From NCBI GenBank assembly GCA_965219445.1, contig CBDCNQ010000002.1, forward strand, positions 64,001 through 128,000: a stretch of 64,000 nt of DNA, given 5' to 3'. Shown here piece by piece: positions 21,673 to 32,137 of the stretch. A model generated the notes under the pieces. The model searched no databases and was not told where the DNA came from. It was given only the letters and a program-made list of their open reading frames with translations. The position numbers and the translations under genes are program-made. The stretch's first letter is position 1; each line of letters opens with the position of its first letter. The stretch is from Longimicrobiales bacterium (GTDB lineage Bacteria > Gemmatimonadota > Gemmatimonadetes > Longimicrobiales > Gaopeijiaceae).

Positions 21673-22699
21673 GCCGCGTGCGTTGAGCTATCGCTCAGCG
21701 GGGGTGGATCTGGACGCTGCCGAGCGAGCGAAGGAGGGCCTGAGATCGTTGGTGGCATCCACCGGCGACGAGCATACTCTGTCGGCGCTCGGTCAGTTCG
21801 GTGGCCTTTATGCCGTACCCGGTGACGTGGAAAGCCCTGTGCTCGTTTCGAGCGCGGATGGTGTGGGGACCAAGCTCAAGGTTGCCTTCTTGGCGGGTCG
21901 GCACGACACCGTGGGCCGTGATCTCGTGAACCACTGTGTCGACGACGTCCTGGTGCAAGGAGCCCGGCCCTTGTTCTTCCTGGACTATCTCGCATGCGGC
22001 ACCATGGACGAGTCGGTCGTGAACGAGGTCGTGGGCGGTGTAGCGAAAGCGTGCAGGGAGAACGGGTGCGCGCTCCTTGGCGGAGAGACCGCTCAGATGC
22101 GTGAGTTCTATGCCAAGGACGAATACGATCTGGCTGGGTTCATCGTGGGGGTCGTGGAGCGCGACAGGATACTGGATGGCTCCCGTGTCCGTGCCGGAGA
22201 TGTCTTGATCGGGCTTGGGTCGACCGGCCTCCATACCAACGGATACACGTTGGCGAGGAAGATCGTCTTCGAGTCGATGGGGTTGGCGATCGATGACGAG
22301 TTTCCCGAGTCCGCACGCTCGGTGGCGGATGTCCTCTTGGACGTTCATCGAAGCTATCTGCCCGTCTTGTCCGAGGCCCTGAACGCCGGACGTGTGCGTG
22401 GGCTGGCTCACATCACCGGTGGCGGTATCCCGGGCAATCTACCCCGAACGCTCGGCTCCGAGCTCGGTGCGGTCATCGACCTCATGTCTTGGGACGTGCC
22501 CCACGTGTTTCGCGTGCTCGAGGAGGCGGGAGGTGTCGAACGGGACGAGATGCTGCGTGTGTTCAACATGGGTGTGGGCATGATCGCGCTGGTTGCACCC
22601 GAGGGCGTCGACGAGGTCCTCGAGGGCTTGAGCCAAGGCGATTGTCCAGCGTGGGTCATGGGAGAGGTGGAGACCGGAGAGGGCGTGCGGTGGGCGTGA
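21665..22699 (+). CDS. purM: Phosphoribosylformylglycinamidine cyclo-ligase
   Basis: YRSAGVD, DGVGTK, PLFFLDY, GGETA, GLHTNGY, HITGGG, FNMGVG. Confidence 0.97.
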   Translation: MAEPRALSYRSAGVDLDAAERAKEGLRSLVASTGDEHTLSALGQFGGLYAVPGDVESPVLVSSADGVGTKLKVAFLAGRHDTVGRDLVNHCVDDVLVQGARPLFFLDYLACGTMDESVVNEVVGGVAKACRENGCALLGGETAQMREFYAKDEYDLAGFIVGVVERDRILDGSRVRAGDVLIGLGSTGLHTNGYTLARKIVFESMGLAIDDEFPESARSVADVLLDVHRSYLPVLSEALNAGRVRGLAHITGGGIPGNLPRTLGSELGAVIDLMSWDVPHVFRVLEEAGGVERDEMLRVFNMGVGMIALVAPEGVDEVLEGLSQGDCPAWVMGEVETGEGVRWA

Positions 22700-23664
22700 G
22701 GGCCAGGCATACAGCGTTCTGCTTCCTGGCCCTTTCGTGGTATTGCGGGCCCGCCACGGCGCAGGATCTCACGCCGCTGGTCGACCAATGTGCGTCGGGC
22801 GGATCGGCGGAGTTACTTACGTCCTGCCAAAGTGCTGTACTGGCGATACAGGCCGTTCGTGGTGGAATCGGCTTGGCCGATGTCGCGGGTGCCGACCTTG
22901 CGGGGGCGTCGAGCACCATCGGAAGGCGGCTGGGAAGCGCGCCCAGGGTGAGTTTGGACCTGCGCCTCCGGATGGCGCGCTTCGCTATGCCCGACATCCT
23001 TGGAGGAGGCACAGGCGTCGCGGGAGAGAACACGATCAACGGATACGGGATCAAGGGTTCGGTAGCGGTCGGCCTTCTGGACGGGTTTTCCTTAATGCCG
23101 ACCGTGGGTGGGCTGCTATCCCTCGACCTTCTCGGGTCCGCGAGCCTCATTCTCCTTGGAGAGTCGGACGGCTTCTTGGGCGATGAGGGCATAGTTTCGG
23201 TCGGTGGGCGGCTCGGGATCTTCCGCGAGTCGTTCACTATGCCTGGCCTCACTCTGTCTGTGTTGCGGTCCTTTGGACAGAGCGTGGAGTGGGGCGCCGC
23301 TGCCGTGAGCGGGTCCCAGATGGATACCGACATCTCGACCACCGCGGTGCGGGCGATAATCGGAAAAGACTTCTTCACGCTCGCTGTCTTTGGAGGCTTG
23401 GGATGGAATTGGGACCAAGGTGAAATGGGCGTCCAAGTGTCGGATCCCACAATCCCGGGGGGACGGGGGATCGGCCGCGTGGGCGACCTGACGACCCGAC
23501 GATCCGTATACTTCGCGGGCGTGTCGATCACGAGGCTCGTGTTCCAGTTTTCGCTCGAGGGGGGATTGGCCAGAGGATACGATGGACTTGCCGGTTACTC
23601 GGGCGCGTACGATCCCGGTGCGATCACGCCGTTCGCCAGCGTGGCGGGCCGACTCACGATCTGA
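22696..23664 (+). CDS. Hypothetical exported protein, probable outer membrane beta-barrel
   Basis: Signal peptide ending ATA-Q, Cys pair, amphipathic strands; abuts purM and ribD. Confidence 0.6.
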   Translation: MRARHTAFCFLALSWYCGPATAQDLTPLVDQCASGGSAELLTSCQSAVLAIQAVRGGIGLADVAGADLAGASSTIGRRLGSAPRVSLDLRLRMARFAMPDILGGGTGVAGENTINGYGIKGSVAVGLLDGFSLMPTVGGLLSLDLLGSASLILLGESDGFLGDEGIVSVGGRLGIFRESFTMPGLTLSVLRSFGQSVEWGAAAVSGSQMDTDISTTAVRAIIGKDFFTLAVFGGLGWNWDQGEMGVQVSDPTIPGGRGIGRVGDLTTRRSVYFAGVSITRLVFQFSLEGGLARGYDGLAGYSGAYDPGAITPFASVAGRLTI

Positions 23665-23665
23665 C

Positions 23666-24772
23666 ATGTCTCTGACCGAGTCGGACCGGGAGTGGCTTCA
23701 GCGGGCCGCCTCCCTGGCGGGTCGGGGGTGGGGTCGGGTGCATCCCAATCCGATGGTCGGGTGCGTTCTGACGCGTGATGGACAGCTCGTGGGGGAGGGA
23801 TGGCACGAGGAATTCGGCGGTCCGCACGCGGAAGTGAACGCGATCCACTCCGCGGGAGATTCCGCCCGTGGCGCTACCGCATACGTGAGCCTGGAGCCGT
23901 GTAGCCATCACGGTAAGACACCCCCGTGTTCGGAATTACTGGTGGAGGCCGGAGTAACTCGGGTGGTCTTCGGGGCTGCCGATCCGGGCCAGGTGACGGG
24001 GGGAGGGGCCGAGCTCCTAGGGCAGGCGGGGGTCGAGGTCGTCGGCCCGGTGGCCGACGTTCGGACGTTCTACGACGTCGATCCTGGGTTTTTCTATACA
24101 TCGACGTACCGGCGACCGTACGTCGCCGTGAAATTGGCGGTGAGTTTGGACGGGCGGATCGCCGCTCGGGCCGGTGAGCGGACCCTCCTCACGGGTGACG
24201 AAGCGAACAGAGAAGTCCATCGTCTCAGAAGCGGATTCGATGCAGTGTTGGTCGGCGGCGAGACCGCCCGTGTCGATGATCCCTTGTTGACCGTGCGATA
24301 CGGCTTGGACCCCCGGATTCCGCCCAGGCGTATCGTATTGGACCCGAGGGCTGCTCTGTCACCGGATGCGTCCGTGTTCGCTTCCGGCAGCGAAGCATCA
24401 GCCCTGATTTTCGCGACCGAAGCCGCTCCGGCCGAGCGCGTCGAGGCACTGAGCGATGTCGGGGCCCAGGTGGAAATCGTGGCGCAAGGGGGCGGGGGAG
24501 CGAACCTGGAAAAGATGCTCGAGCGGTGTTGGCATCTCGGTCTTCGGTCTGTTTTCTGCGAGGGTGGGGGGAGATTGGCCACGGCGCTTACACGTGAGGG
24601 ATTGGCCCAGCGGCTTTATCTTTTCCAGGCACCAGTGACCCTCGGGTCTCAAGGTGTTCCGGCGTTTGGGAGCCAGAACTCGACGCCCGAGGACATGGGC
24701 TGGTCGAGTAGGGGCGACCCGATCCGATTCGGACCCGACGTTCTAATCACTTACGACTATGAAGGCTGTTGA
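23666..24772 (+). CDS. ribD: Bifunctional riboflavin deaminase/reductase
   Basis: PNPMVGC, HAE, LEPCSHHGKTPPC, SLDGRIA, EGGG; stop codon lies inside MITE copy 2. Confidence 0.95.
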   Translation: MSLTESDREWLQRAASLAGRGWGRVHPNPMVGCVLTRDGQLVGEGWHEEFGGPHAEVNAIHSAGDSARGATAYVSLEPCSHHGKTPPCSELLVEAGVTRVVFGAADPGQVTGGGAELLGQAGVEVVGPVADVRTFYDVDPGFFYTSTYRRPYVAVKLAVSLDGRIAARAGERTLLTGDEANREVHRLRSGFDAVLVGGETARVDDPLLTVRYGLDPRIPPRRIVLDPRAALSPDASVFASGSEASALIFATEAAPAERVEALSDVGAQVEIVAQGGGGANLEKMLERCWHLGLRSVFCEGGGRLATALTREGLAQRLYLFQAPVTLGSQGVPAFGSQNSTPEDMGWSSRGDPIRFGPDVLITYDYEGC

Positions 24773-25062
24773 AGGAGTACAGTGGGTTGCGCACAGGGCG
24801 CTTGTGCGCGTTCAGACAACGAACGACGACGAGGCGTAGCAGCGCTACGGCGAGGAGGAGAGACGCAGGATCAACCGCACAACCGCCCTGTGCCCTCCAC
24901 CATTTATGACATAAGCTTACACGTTGATGGGTTGCGGTGGCACGACCCCATCTCCGTTGTTGGAGTTCCTAGCCATAGCTAAGGCTATGGCGTCGTCGCT
25001 CCGCCTAGGGTCTGGGGCCGTGGCATCGCAACGCGGCCCACTGTACCTCTTCAACAGCCTTC
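24761..25062. mobile_element. MITE-like structured element, copy 2 (302 bp)
   Basis: Collinear homolog of 1418-1720 with the same terminal inverted repeats. Confidence 0.8.
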
Positions 25063-25072
25063 CGGAGGCCTG

Positions 25073-25669
25073 ATGTTCAGCGGGATCGTAGAGGAGGTGG
25101 GAACCGTACGGGCCACGCGCGAGATGGACGGCGCCCGTGGATTGGAGATCGATGCTAAGCTCGTCCTTGAGGATCTCCAGCCTGGCGCTTCCGTCTCTCT
25201 CGACGGAGCCTGTCACACCGTGGCGGAGGTCATGGCCGAGGGCTTCACGGTCAACAGTGTGGGGACGACACTCTCTCGGACCGTAGCGGGAGATTACAGT
25301 GAAGGGAGCCCCGTCAATCTTGAACGGGCCGTCGCCGTGGGAACGCGCTTGGACGGACACCTCGTTCAAGGCCACATCGACGCTGTGGGGGATTTGATCG
25401 GTGTCGAGGACAAGGGGGAGTATCGTCTCCTCGACTTCAAGATTCCGGCGGATGTGGCATCGGGGACCATCCTCCACGGATCAATCGCCCTGAACGGTGT
25501 CAGTCTTACGGTCAACGCGATCTCGGACGACCACATCTGTCAGGTGGCCGTGGTCCCTTACACTTGGGAGCATACCAACCTCAGCATGCTTGAATCCGGC
25601 GCGCGGGTGAACGTCGAGGGTGACTTGATCGGGAAGTACGTTCGGAGGCTGCTTTCCGACCGTTCCTGA
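25073..25669 (+). CDS. ribE: Riboflavin synthase alpha chain
   Basis: MFSGIVE, VNLERA, GHLVQGHID, NGVSLTVN, VNVEGD. Confidence 0.96.
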   Translation: MFSGIVEEVGTVRATREMDGARGLEIDAKLVLEDLQPGASVSLDGACHTVAEVMAEGFTVNSVGTTLSRTVAGDYSEGSPVNLERAVAVGTRLDGHLVQGHIDAVGDLIGVEDKGEYRLLDFKIPADVASGTILHGSIALNGVSLTVNAISDDHICQVAVVPYTWEHTNLSMLESGARVNVEGDLIGKYVRRLLSDRS

Positions 25670-25712
25670 GGGCGCTACTTGCTGGCATGGTCCTTCCGGA
25701 AGCCCTCACCAC

Positions 25713-25721
25713 TGATATAAT
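25713..25721 (+). promoter_or_regulatory. Extended -10 promoter element upstream of ribBA
   Basis: Perfect TGnTATAAT in an intergenic region. Confidence 0.5.
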
Positions 25722-25801
25722 GTCTGTACGGCGAAGCGCACGCTGCCGTAGGCTGACGTCGTGCGTACTGGAGCCATCGTAGCGGGAAGGAGCGTCTGGC
25801 C

Positions 25802-27049
25802 ATGCCGTTCGATTCCATCGAACAGGCCCTAAAGGACATTCGTCAGGGCAAACTCATCATCGTCGCCGACGACGAGGATCGCGAAAACGAGGGAGACCTG
25901 GTTTGCGCGGCTTCGCTCGTAACGCCCGAGACGGTGAACTTCATGACCCAGTTCGGCCGGGGCCTCATTTGCGTTGCGCTGACACAGCCCCGTGCGACGG
26001 CGTTGGGTCTTCCGTTGATGACCGATGAGAACTCTGACCCGCAGGGGACCGCCTTCACGATTTCTGTGGACGCCCACCGACGGTTCGGCGTGACAACAGG
26101 AATCAGCGCTCATGATCGAGCCAAGACGATCGAGGTCTTGGTGGATCCCGAGACCGAGCCCGGTGACCTCAGGCGTCCGGGACACATCTTTCCCCTCAAG
26201 GCCCGCCCGGGTGGCGTCCTTCGTCGCGTGGGTCAGACGGAGGCTGCGGTGGACCTGGCACGCATGGCCGGGCTGCCTCCAGTTGGGGTGATCTGTGAGA
26301 TCCTCAATCCCGATGGGACAATGGCGCGCCGCCCCCAGTTGGAGTTGTACGCGCAGGAGCACGGCCTTTCGTTCATCACGGTGGCCCAGCTTGTGGCGCA
26401 CCGACTCGCGAAGGAACGCCTGGTTACACGTGTGGCGGAGGCGAATCTGCCGACCGAGTTCGGACCGTTTCGTATCATCGCCTACCAGAGTCCGATCGAT
26501 GACCGGGAGCACATCGCGCTCGTAAAGGGTGACATCGAGGGTGATGTGGAGGACATCGACGACGGTGCGATCGAGGGTGACGCCAAGAGTGACGCGGACG
26601 TACTCGTTCGTATGCACTCGGAATGTCTGACGGGTGATGTGTTCGGCTCGCTTCGTTGCGATTGCGGCTCGCAGTTGAGGGCTGCGCTCAAGCAGATTTC
26701 CGAGAGAGGCCGGGGGGTTATCGTTTATCTGAAGCAGGAGGGCCGGGGGATAGGCCTGCACAACAAGATTCGTGCGTATGAATTACAGGACCAGGGTCAC
26801 GACACGGTCGAGGCGAACCAGGCTTTAGGGTTCAAGCCGGATCTGCGGGACTACGGGATTGGCGCACAGATTCTCCTCGATCTCGGGCTAAGCAAGATTT
26901 GCCTTCTGACCAACAATCCACGGAAGATCGTCGGGCTCGAGGGTTACAGTCTCGAGATCACCGGCAGGGAGGCTCTCCGCGTCGGGCGTGGGGAACACAA
27001 TGAGGGTTATCTCGACACGAAGCGATCGAAGTTGGGGCACCTTCTGTAG
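25802..27049 (+). CDS. ribBA: Bifunctional DHBP synthase / GTP cyclohydrolase II
   Basis: [53 protein letters not shown]. Confidence 0.97.
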   Translation: MPFDSIEQALKDIRQGKLIIVADDEDRENEGDLVCAASLVTPETVNFMTQFGRGLICVALTQPRATALGLPLMTDENSDPQGTAFTISVDAHRRFGVTTGISAHDRAKTIEVLVDPETEPGDLRRPGHIFPLKARPGGVLRRVGQTEAAVDLARMAGLPPVGVICEILNPDGTMARRPQLELYAQEHGLSFITVAQLVAHRLAKERLVTRVAEANLPTEFGPFRIIAYQSPIDDREHIALVKGDIEGDVEDIDDGAIEGDAKSDADVLVRMHSECLTGDVFGSLRCDCGSQLRAALKQISERGRGVIVYLKQEGRGIGLHNKIRAYELQDQGHDTVEANQALGFKPDLRDYGIGAQILLDLGLSKICLLTNNPRKIVGLEGYSLEITGREALRVGRGEHNEGYLDTKRSKLGHLL

Positions 27050-27069
27050 GATGCCATAGGACGTCTGAC

Positions 27070-27552
27070 GTGCAAATCGACATCGGCTCGCACCTTCCGG
27101 AACCGACGCCGGCGCCGGGCAGGCGCATCGGGATCCTGGCGGCGCGCTTCAACGGCGATGTGACGGGAGAAATGCTCGAAAGCTGCCGGAGTACCCTCGA
27201 AGAGTTCGGCGTCGAGGCGAACGCGGTGGATGTCTACTGGGTGCCGGGCGCCTGGGAGCTTCCACAGGCGGCCCGGAAGATTGCGGCCCTCAACCGCCAC
27301 GATGCCTTCATTGCTCTAGGATGCGTGATACGAGGGGAAACGCCACACTTCGATTACGTGGCCGGTGAGGCCTCTTCGGGGCTCGGGGCCGTCGCTCGTG
27401 AGATCGATATCCCGCTCTTGTTCGGTGTATTGACGACCGACACACCAGATCAGGCCTGGGCTCGAGCTTCGCGAGAGGCGGGCAACAAGGGGCGTGAACT
27501 CGCGCAGAGCGCGCTTCACATGATCGGCCTTTACGAAGGTCTAGAGGATTAG
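27070..27552 (+). CDS. ribH: 6,7-dimethyl-8-ribityllumazine synthase
   Basis: ARFN, VPGAWELP, GCVIRGETPHFDYV, NKG. Confidence 0.96.
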   Translation: MQIDIGSHLPEPTPAPGRRIGILAARFNGDVTGEMLESCRSTLEEFGVEANAVDVYWVPGAWELPQAARKIAALNRHDAFIALGCVIRGETPHFDYVAGEASSGLGAVAREIDIPLLFGVLTTDTPDQAWARASREAGNKGRELAQSALHMIGLYEGLED

Positions 27553-27579
27553 AGGCCTCATGGCTCGCCCCACTTCTCC

Positions 27580-28050
27580 ATGAAGTCTCGGGGCACGTTG
27601 AAGAAATCGAGTGGCGTCGCTGAAAGCGCGACCAGGCGGATCGATCGAACCCGGGCGAGGGCGTGGGGGCTCCAGATCCACTACCAGTGGGACGTGGGGG
27701 AGCGGGAAGGTACCTTCGCGCAAGCACTTGAGGAAGCTGGGGCCATGCGGAGGATTGCAGAGTCACGCATGCCCTATCTGCGCAGCCTCGCGGCCGCGCT
27801 GGACGCTCGCGGAGATGAGTTGGATCAACTGCTGGGGGTCGCCCTTGACAATTGGCGCATGGAGCGCCTGGCTCTGCTCGACCGCGGAATTCTCAGGATC
27901 GCCGCTGCCGAGTTGATCTGTTTCGATGAAATTCCCCCCAAGGTTTCGATTCAAGAAGCCGTGCGGTTGGCCGAACGGTATAGTGGGCCCGAGTCTCCCC
28001 GATTCGTAAACGGCGTCCTGGACGCGCTTTACAAGCGCGTGATCGGTTGA
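27580..28050 (+). CDS. nusB: Transcription antitermination factor NusB
   Basis: RTRAR, NWRMERL..LDR.ILR, EAVRLAERY, FVNGVLD; follows ribH. Confidence 0.92.
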   Translation: MKSRGTLKKSSGVAESATRRIDRTRARAWGLQIHYQWDVGEREGTFAQALEEAGAMRRIAESRMPYLRSLAAALDARGDELDQLLGVALDNWRMERLALLDRGILRIAAAELICFDEIPPKVSIQEAVRLAERYSGPESPRFVNGVLDALYKRVIG

Positions 28051-28066
28051 TCCCGGCGTCCGGCGA

Positions 28067-29179
28067 GTGAAGATCCTCGTTCTCAACTGGCTCGATCCGG
28101 AAAACCCACAGGCCGGGGGAGCAGAAGTTCATTTCCACGAGATTTTCCGCCGCCTCGTGGCGTGGGGACATTCGGTCACGCTCTTGTGCTCGGCATGGCC
28201 GGGTTGTGAGCGTCGTACTGTACTCGATGGGATCGAAGTCCATCGAGTCGGCAGCCGGTACACGCTCTCTCTGGTCGCCCCGGTTTACTTCAGACGCCGA
28301 CTCCGAATCGAGCGCTTCGACGTCGTGGTGGAGGACCTGAACAAGGTGCCTTTTTTTTCGCCCTTTTGGGGGGTAGGTGCGCCCGTGGCGCTGATCGTCC
28401 ACCACCTCTTCGGAACGGCCGCATTTCAAGAAGCGTCCCTCCCGGTGGCGGCGGCGACCTGGTTTCTGGAGTTGCCGGTGGCCAAAGTGTTTCGATCCGT
28501 GCCGACCGTTGCCGTCTCCGAGAGTACCGCGACGGATCTCGCGCGGCGCGGAATGCCGCGTAACGGGATCGAGATTGTTCCCAACGGGGTCGATCTCGAC
28601 GTCTTGTCTCCGCTTGCTCCCGAAGAACGCTTTCCCGAGCCCACCCTCCTGTACCTGGGAAGACTCAAGCGTTACAAGCGCATCGATCTCTTGCTCCTGG
28701 CCGTGGCCTCCCTGGTGGGACACGGAACTCCGTGCCGGCTTCTCGTAGCGGGTCGTGGAGACGATCGACCCCGCTTGGAGGCCCTCCGGGAGTCCCTGGG
28801 CCTTGAGCAGCACGTCGAATTTCTGGGCTTCGTATCCGAGGTCGAGAAGGGGGAGCTCCTGGGGAAGTGTTGGATCAATCTCCTCACATCCGTGAAGGAG
28901 GGCTGGGGCATCTCGAACCTGGAGGCGGCGGCCTGTGGAACGCCGACGATCGCTAGCGATGTGCCCGGCCTACGAGATTCGGTCGTCGATGGGCGAACCG
29001 GGTTTCTCGTTCCCCACGGAGACGTGGAGATCCTCAGCCGGCGGATCGAAGAGCTCCTCGAAGACGAGGAAAAACGTGCGCGGCTGGGGCGGGGCGCCCG
29101 GGCCTTCGCTGAGGGTTTCGGTTGGGATGCTTCGGCGCGCGCCATGGAGCACTTCCTGAACGAGCGAGTAGCGTCCTGA
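28067..29179 (+). CDS. Glycosyltransferase family 4
   Basis: AGGAE, VPNGVD, YLGRLKRYKR, KEGWGISNLEAAACGTP. Confidence 0.92.
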   Translation: MKILVLNWLDPENPQAGGAEVHFHEIFRRLVAWGHSVTLLCSAWPGCERRTVLDGIEVHRVGSRYTLSLVAPVYFRRRLRIERFDVVVEDLNKVPFFSPFWGVGAPVALIVHHLFGTAAFQEASLPVAAATWFLELPVAKVFRSVPTVAVSESTATDLARRGMPRNGIEIVPNGVDLDVLSPLAPEERFPEPTLLYLGRLKRYKRIDLLLLAVASLVGHGTPCRLLVAGRGDDRPRLEALRESLGLEQHVEFLGFVSEVEKGELLGKCWINLLTSVKEGWGISNLEAAACGTPTIASDVPGLRDSVVDGRTGFLVPHGDVEILSRRIEELLEDEEKRARLGRGARAFAEGFGWDASARAMEHFLNERVAS

Positions 29180-29282
29180 AGCAGGAAACTAGTGGCCACG
29201 CCCAGTCCGAGCTAACTTTCCTTGACGCTTGGGAAGACCAACCGACCTTGAGGCGTCATGAAATCCCATGAACGGAGGCGGC

Positions 29283-29609
29283 ATGGAAGTGCGGATTACA
29301 TCACGACATACGACCCTTCCCGAGCCCCTTCGAGCCCGAACCGAAGAGCTTCTCTCCAAGCTGAATAAATATGACGGTCGCGTTTCCGTCGTCGAGGTCA
29401 TTTTTGATGAAGAAAAGAATACCAAGAAGGTCGAGGGGATCGTGCATATCGACCGGAGTGCCCCGATCGTTGCCACTGGGGAGGGTGATGAATTCAGCGA
29501 AGCGCTCAGCCAGCTGAACGGCCGCCTGGGGCGTCAGCTTCGGAAGCTTCGCGGGCAGTCGAAGGATCACCGAGCTCCACCGCTGACCGAAGCTCTCTCA
29601 CAGGAGTAG
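29283..29609 (+). CDS. hpf: Ribosome hibernation promoting factor (RaiA/HPF)
   Basis: MEVRITSRH...KLNKY..RQLRK pattern; upstream of hprK. Confidence 0.85.
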   Translation: MEVRITSRHTTLPEPLRARTEELLSKLNKYDGRVSVVEVIFDEEKNTKKVEGIVHIDRSAPIVATGEGDEFSEALSQLNGRLGRQLRKLRGQSKDHRAPPLTEALSQE

Positions 29610-29616
29610 TCCCTAT

Positions 29617-30612
29617 TTGACTAGCGATGCGCCGGAGGTATCGCCGGAGTCGATCCCAGAGATCACCGTCCAGAGGTTGTTCGAGGACAGGCACGAGACG
29701 CTCCAGCTCGAAGTCTTGACCTCTGACATCGGGCTCGAGCGCCGGGTTCTGGACCCGGATCTCTCCAGCCCTGGGCTCGCGCTAGCAGGGTACACGGAGC
29801 GGTTTTCGTCCGATCGAATACAGGTATTTGGTGAGACCGAGATCACTTATCTGGAGGACCTTACTCCAGAGGAGCGGCGAGATCGGATCAAGGGCATCTT
29901 CGGTTTCGGAATTCCGGTCGCGTTCGTCACGAAGTCACTGTCGGTGCCCGAGGAACTTCTCGAGGTGGCGGCAGAGTGCTCGGTTCCGATCCTCCGCTCG
30001 GGTCTCAGCACGAAAGAATTTTACCGGCGCATCAAGCCCTATCTCGATGCGATCCTCGCTCCCCACACCAATCTTCATGGGTCCTTGGCCGACGTATACG
30101 GCGTCGGGTTGCTCTTCGTCGGCGAGAGCGGTGTCGGGAAGAGCGAGTGTGTATTGGACCTGGTTGAGCGAGGCCACCGACTCGTCGCGGATGACCACAT
30201 TATCGTCTCACGGCGAGGGCCCGACATCCTTCTGGGGCAGGGGCATCAGCTCCAAGCACACCACATGGAAATTCGGGGCCTCGGCATCATCGACATCCGC
30301 ACGCTATTCGGGATCCACGCGACGCGCCAGCAGAAGCGCATTGAAGTGATGGTCCAGCTTGAGCGTTGGGACGAAGACAAGGTCTATACGCGTACGGGGC
30401 TCGACTCGACGGAGGTCGACGTTCTCGGGATCAAGGTTCCCCGAGTGACGATTCCGCTCAATCCCGGAAAGAACATCACGGTAATCTCCGAGGTGGTGGC
30501 CATGAACCACCTTCTGAAGTATGCGGGCATCGATTCCGCAGGCGCCTTCAATCAGCGCTTGAAGGAGGCCATGCGCCCCGTGCGCGAGTACTTCGAGCAG
30601 GACTATGAGTGA
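29617..30612 (+). CDS. hprK: HPr kinase/phosphorylase
   Basis: PGLALAG, GESGVGKSE, RGHRLVADD, MEIRGLGII. Confidence 0.96.
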   Translation: MTSDAPEVSPESIPEITVQRLFEDRHETLQLEVLTSDIGLERRVLDPDLSSPGLALAGYTERFSSDRIQVFGETEITYLEDLTPEERRDRIKGIFGFGIPVAFVTKSLSVPEELLEVAAECSVPILRSGLSTKEFYRRIKPYLDAILAPHTNLHGSLADVYGVGLLFVGESGVGKSECVLDLVERGHRLVADDHIIVSRRGPDILLGQGHQLQAHHMEIRGLGIIDIRTLFGIHATRQQKRIEVMVQLERWDEDKVYTRTGLDSTEVDVLGIKVPRVTIPLNPGKNITVISEVVAMNHLLKYAGIDSAGAFNQRLKEAMRPVREYFEQDYE

Positions 30613-31000
30613 GGGACAGCTGGTGAGGGGCGTTTTGCTCAGCCATGGAAAGTTGGCTGAAGGAATGCTAGACGCCGTCCGGAGGATCACGGACCTGGAC
30701 GAGGGTGTTCTCATGGCGATGAGCAACGAGGGACAGAATCCCCAGGGATTGGCCGACCAAGTGGATGCCTTGGTGGGAAATGAGCCGGTCGTCGTCTTCA
30801 CCGATCTCGGAAGTGGAAGCTGTGCGCTAACGGCGCAACTGACGTGCAGAGGCAACGGACGGCGAGCGGTGGTGTTCGGCATGAACTTGCCGATGCTTCT
30901 CGAGTTCGTATTTCACAGGGAGCTTCCCCTCTCCCAGCTGGTTCCGCGTCTCCTCAAGAAGGGCAGAGAAGGTGTCAAGACCACCGAGCCGCCCGCATAG
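30605..31000 (+). CDS. PTS mannose-family EIIA
   Basis: LLSHG, FTDLGSGS, GMNLPMLLE. Confidence 0.88.
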   Translation: MSEGQLVRGVLLSHGKLAEGMLDAVRRITDLDEGVLMAMSNEGQNPQGLADQVDALVGNEPVVVFTDLGSGSCALTAQLTCRGNGRRAVVFGMNLPMLLEFVFHRELPLSQLVPRLLKKGREGVKTTEPPA

Positions 31001-31480
31001 ATGTCGGTCGTCCTGTATCGAATCGATGAGCGGCTCATCCACGGACAGGTCGTGATGGGCTGGGGGCCGCAGCTCCAGGTGGAGCACTACGTGGTCGCGG
31101 ACGACGAGTTGGCCACCAGCGAATGGGAGCAGGATCTCTACCGGCTGGGCCTTCCCGACACGGCCTCGGCGGAGTTCCTGAGCGTTGGGGAAGCGAGGGC
31201 ACGCCTCCCGAACCTCGACGCCGATCCCCGGCGGACGGTGGTTCTGACGCGTACGGTTGCCGCGATGGGCCGACTGGCCGAGCGTGATGGATTGCGTGGA
31301 CGTGAGGTCAACGTCGGCGGCCTGCATCACGCGGCCGGGCGCACCGAACGTGTTCCGTACGTGTTCCTGGGCCAGGAGGAGGAGGAGGGTCTTCAAGCCC
31401 TCGCGGATGAGGGGGTCGAGGTCTCCGCGCGGGATCTTCCTGGGAGTCGAGCGGTCGATTTAGAGGCACTCTTAGCCTGA
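31001..31480 (+). CDS. PTS mannose-family EIIB
   Basis: RIDERLIHGQV..W, VNVGG. Confidence 0.92.
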   Translation: MSVVLYRIDERLIHGQVVMGWGPQLQVEHYVVADDELATSEWEQDLYRLGLPDTASAEFLSVGEARARLPNLDADPRRTVVLTRTVAAMGRLAERDGLRGREVNVGGLHHAAGRTERVPYVFLGQEEEEGLQALADEGVEVSARDLPGSRAVDLEALLA

Positions 31481-31483
31481 CCC

Positions 31484-32137
31484 GTGTCCTGGTCACTTGC
31501 CTTTTTGGGTGGGCTCCTGGCTCTCGACGCGACGTCCGTCGGGCAGTTCATGGTGTCGCGTCCGCTCATCGCGAGCACGTTGACCGGCTGGTGGCTTGGA
31601 GACCCGGCGTTGGGTCTGGAGATCGGTGCGATTCTCGAGCTCTTCCATCTCGCAGGAGTTCCGGCCGGCGGGTCCCACGTTCCAGAGTCGGGACCGGCTT
31701 CGGTGGTCGCCGTGGCGGTCGCCATGTCCGCGGGGGGGGTAGCCGGTTTGGCGTTGGGCTTGGTGGCCGGACTTGCGGTCTCCGAAATCGGCGGGATGAC
31801 CGTGGGTCTGCAGCGGCACTTGGTGGCCCGTTTTCTCGGCCGCGTCGAAGCCGGGTCGATGACCGCGCCGAAGCTCACGGCTGTGCATCTCTCGTCAGTG
31901 CTTCTCGATTTCATGCGTGGAGGGGTGGTTACGGTGCTGGGGCTGATCGTGGGAGGGTGGTTGTCCGGGGTTTTCGTGTCGCGATGGCCATTGCCCTATG
32001 AAACGACCGTGGTGCTCATTCTGGTAGCGGCGTCCGTCCAACTCGGAGCGTTGCTCAACGGGTTCGGGGGGTGGAAGAGCCGCCGCAGTGTCTTTCTGGT
32101 CGGGCTCGTGGCCGGCATCGTGGGGGCATCTCTATGA
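31484..32137 (+). CDS. PTS mannose-family EIIC
   Basis: Q.MVSRPL, LGD...GL.IGA.LEL; hydrophobic. Confidence 0.85.
   Translation: MSWSLAFLGGLLALDATSVGQFMVSRPLIASTLTGWWLGDPALGLEIGAILELFHLAGVPAGGSHVPESGPASVVAVAVAMSAGGVAGLALGLVAGLAVSEIGGMTVGLQRHLVARFLGRVEAGSMTAPKLTAVHLSSVLLDFMRGGVVTVLGLIVGGWLSGVFVSRWPLPYETTVVLILVAASVQLGALLNGFGGWKSRRSVFLVGLVAGIVGASL

Noticed and set aside
24900..24930. dif/XerD-like site in the MITE linker (tatgacataa)
   Set aside because: No XerC arm at 6-bp spacing and not conserved in copy 1
23600..25801. FMN riboswitch for the rib genes
   Set aside because: No RFN consensus recognised; ribD directly abuts the upstream gene
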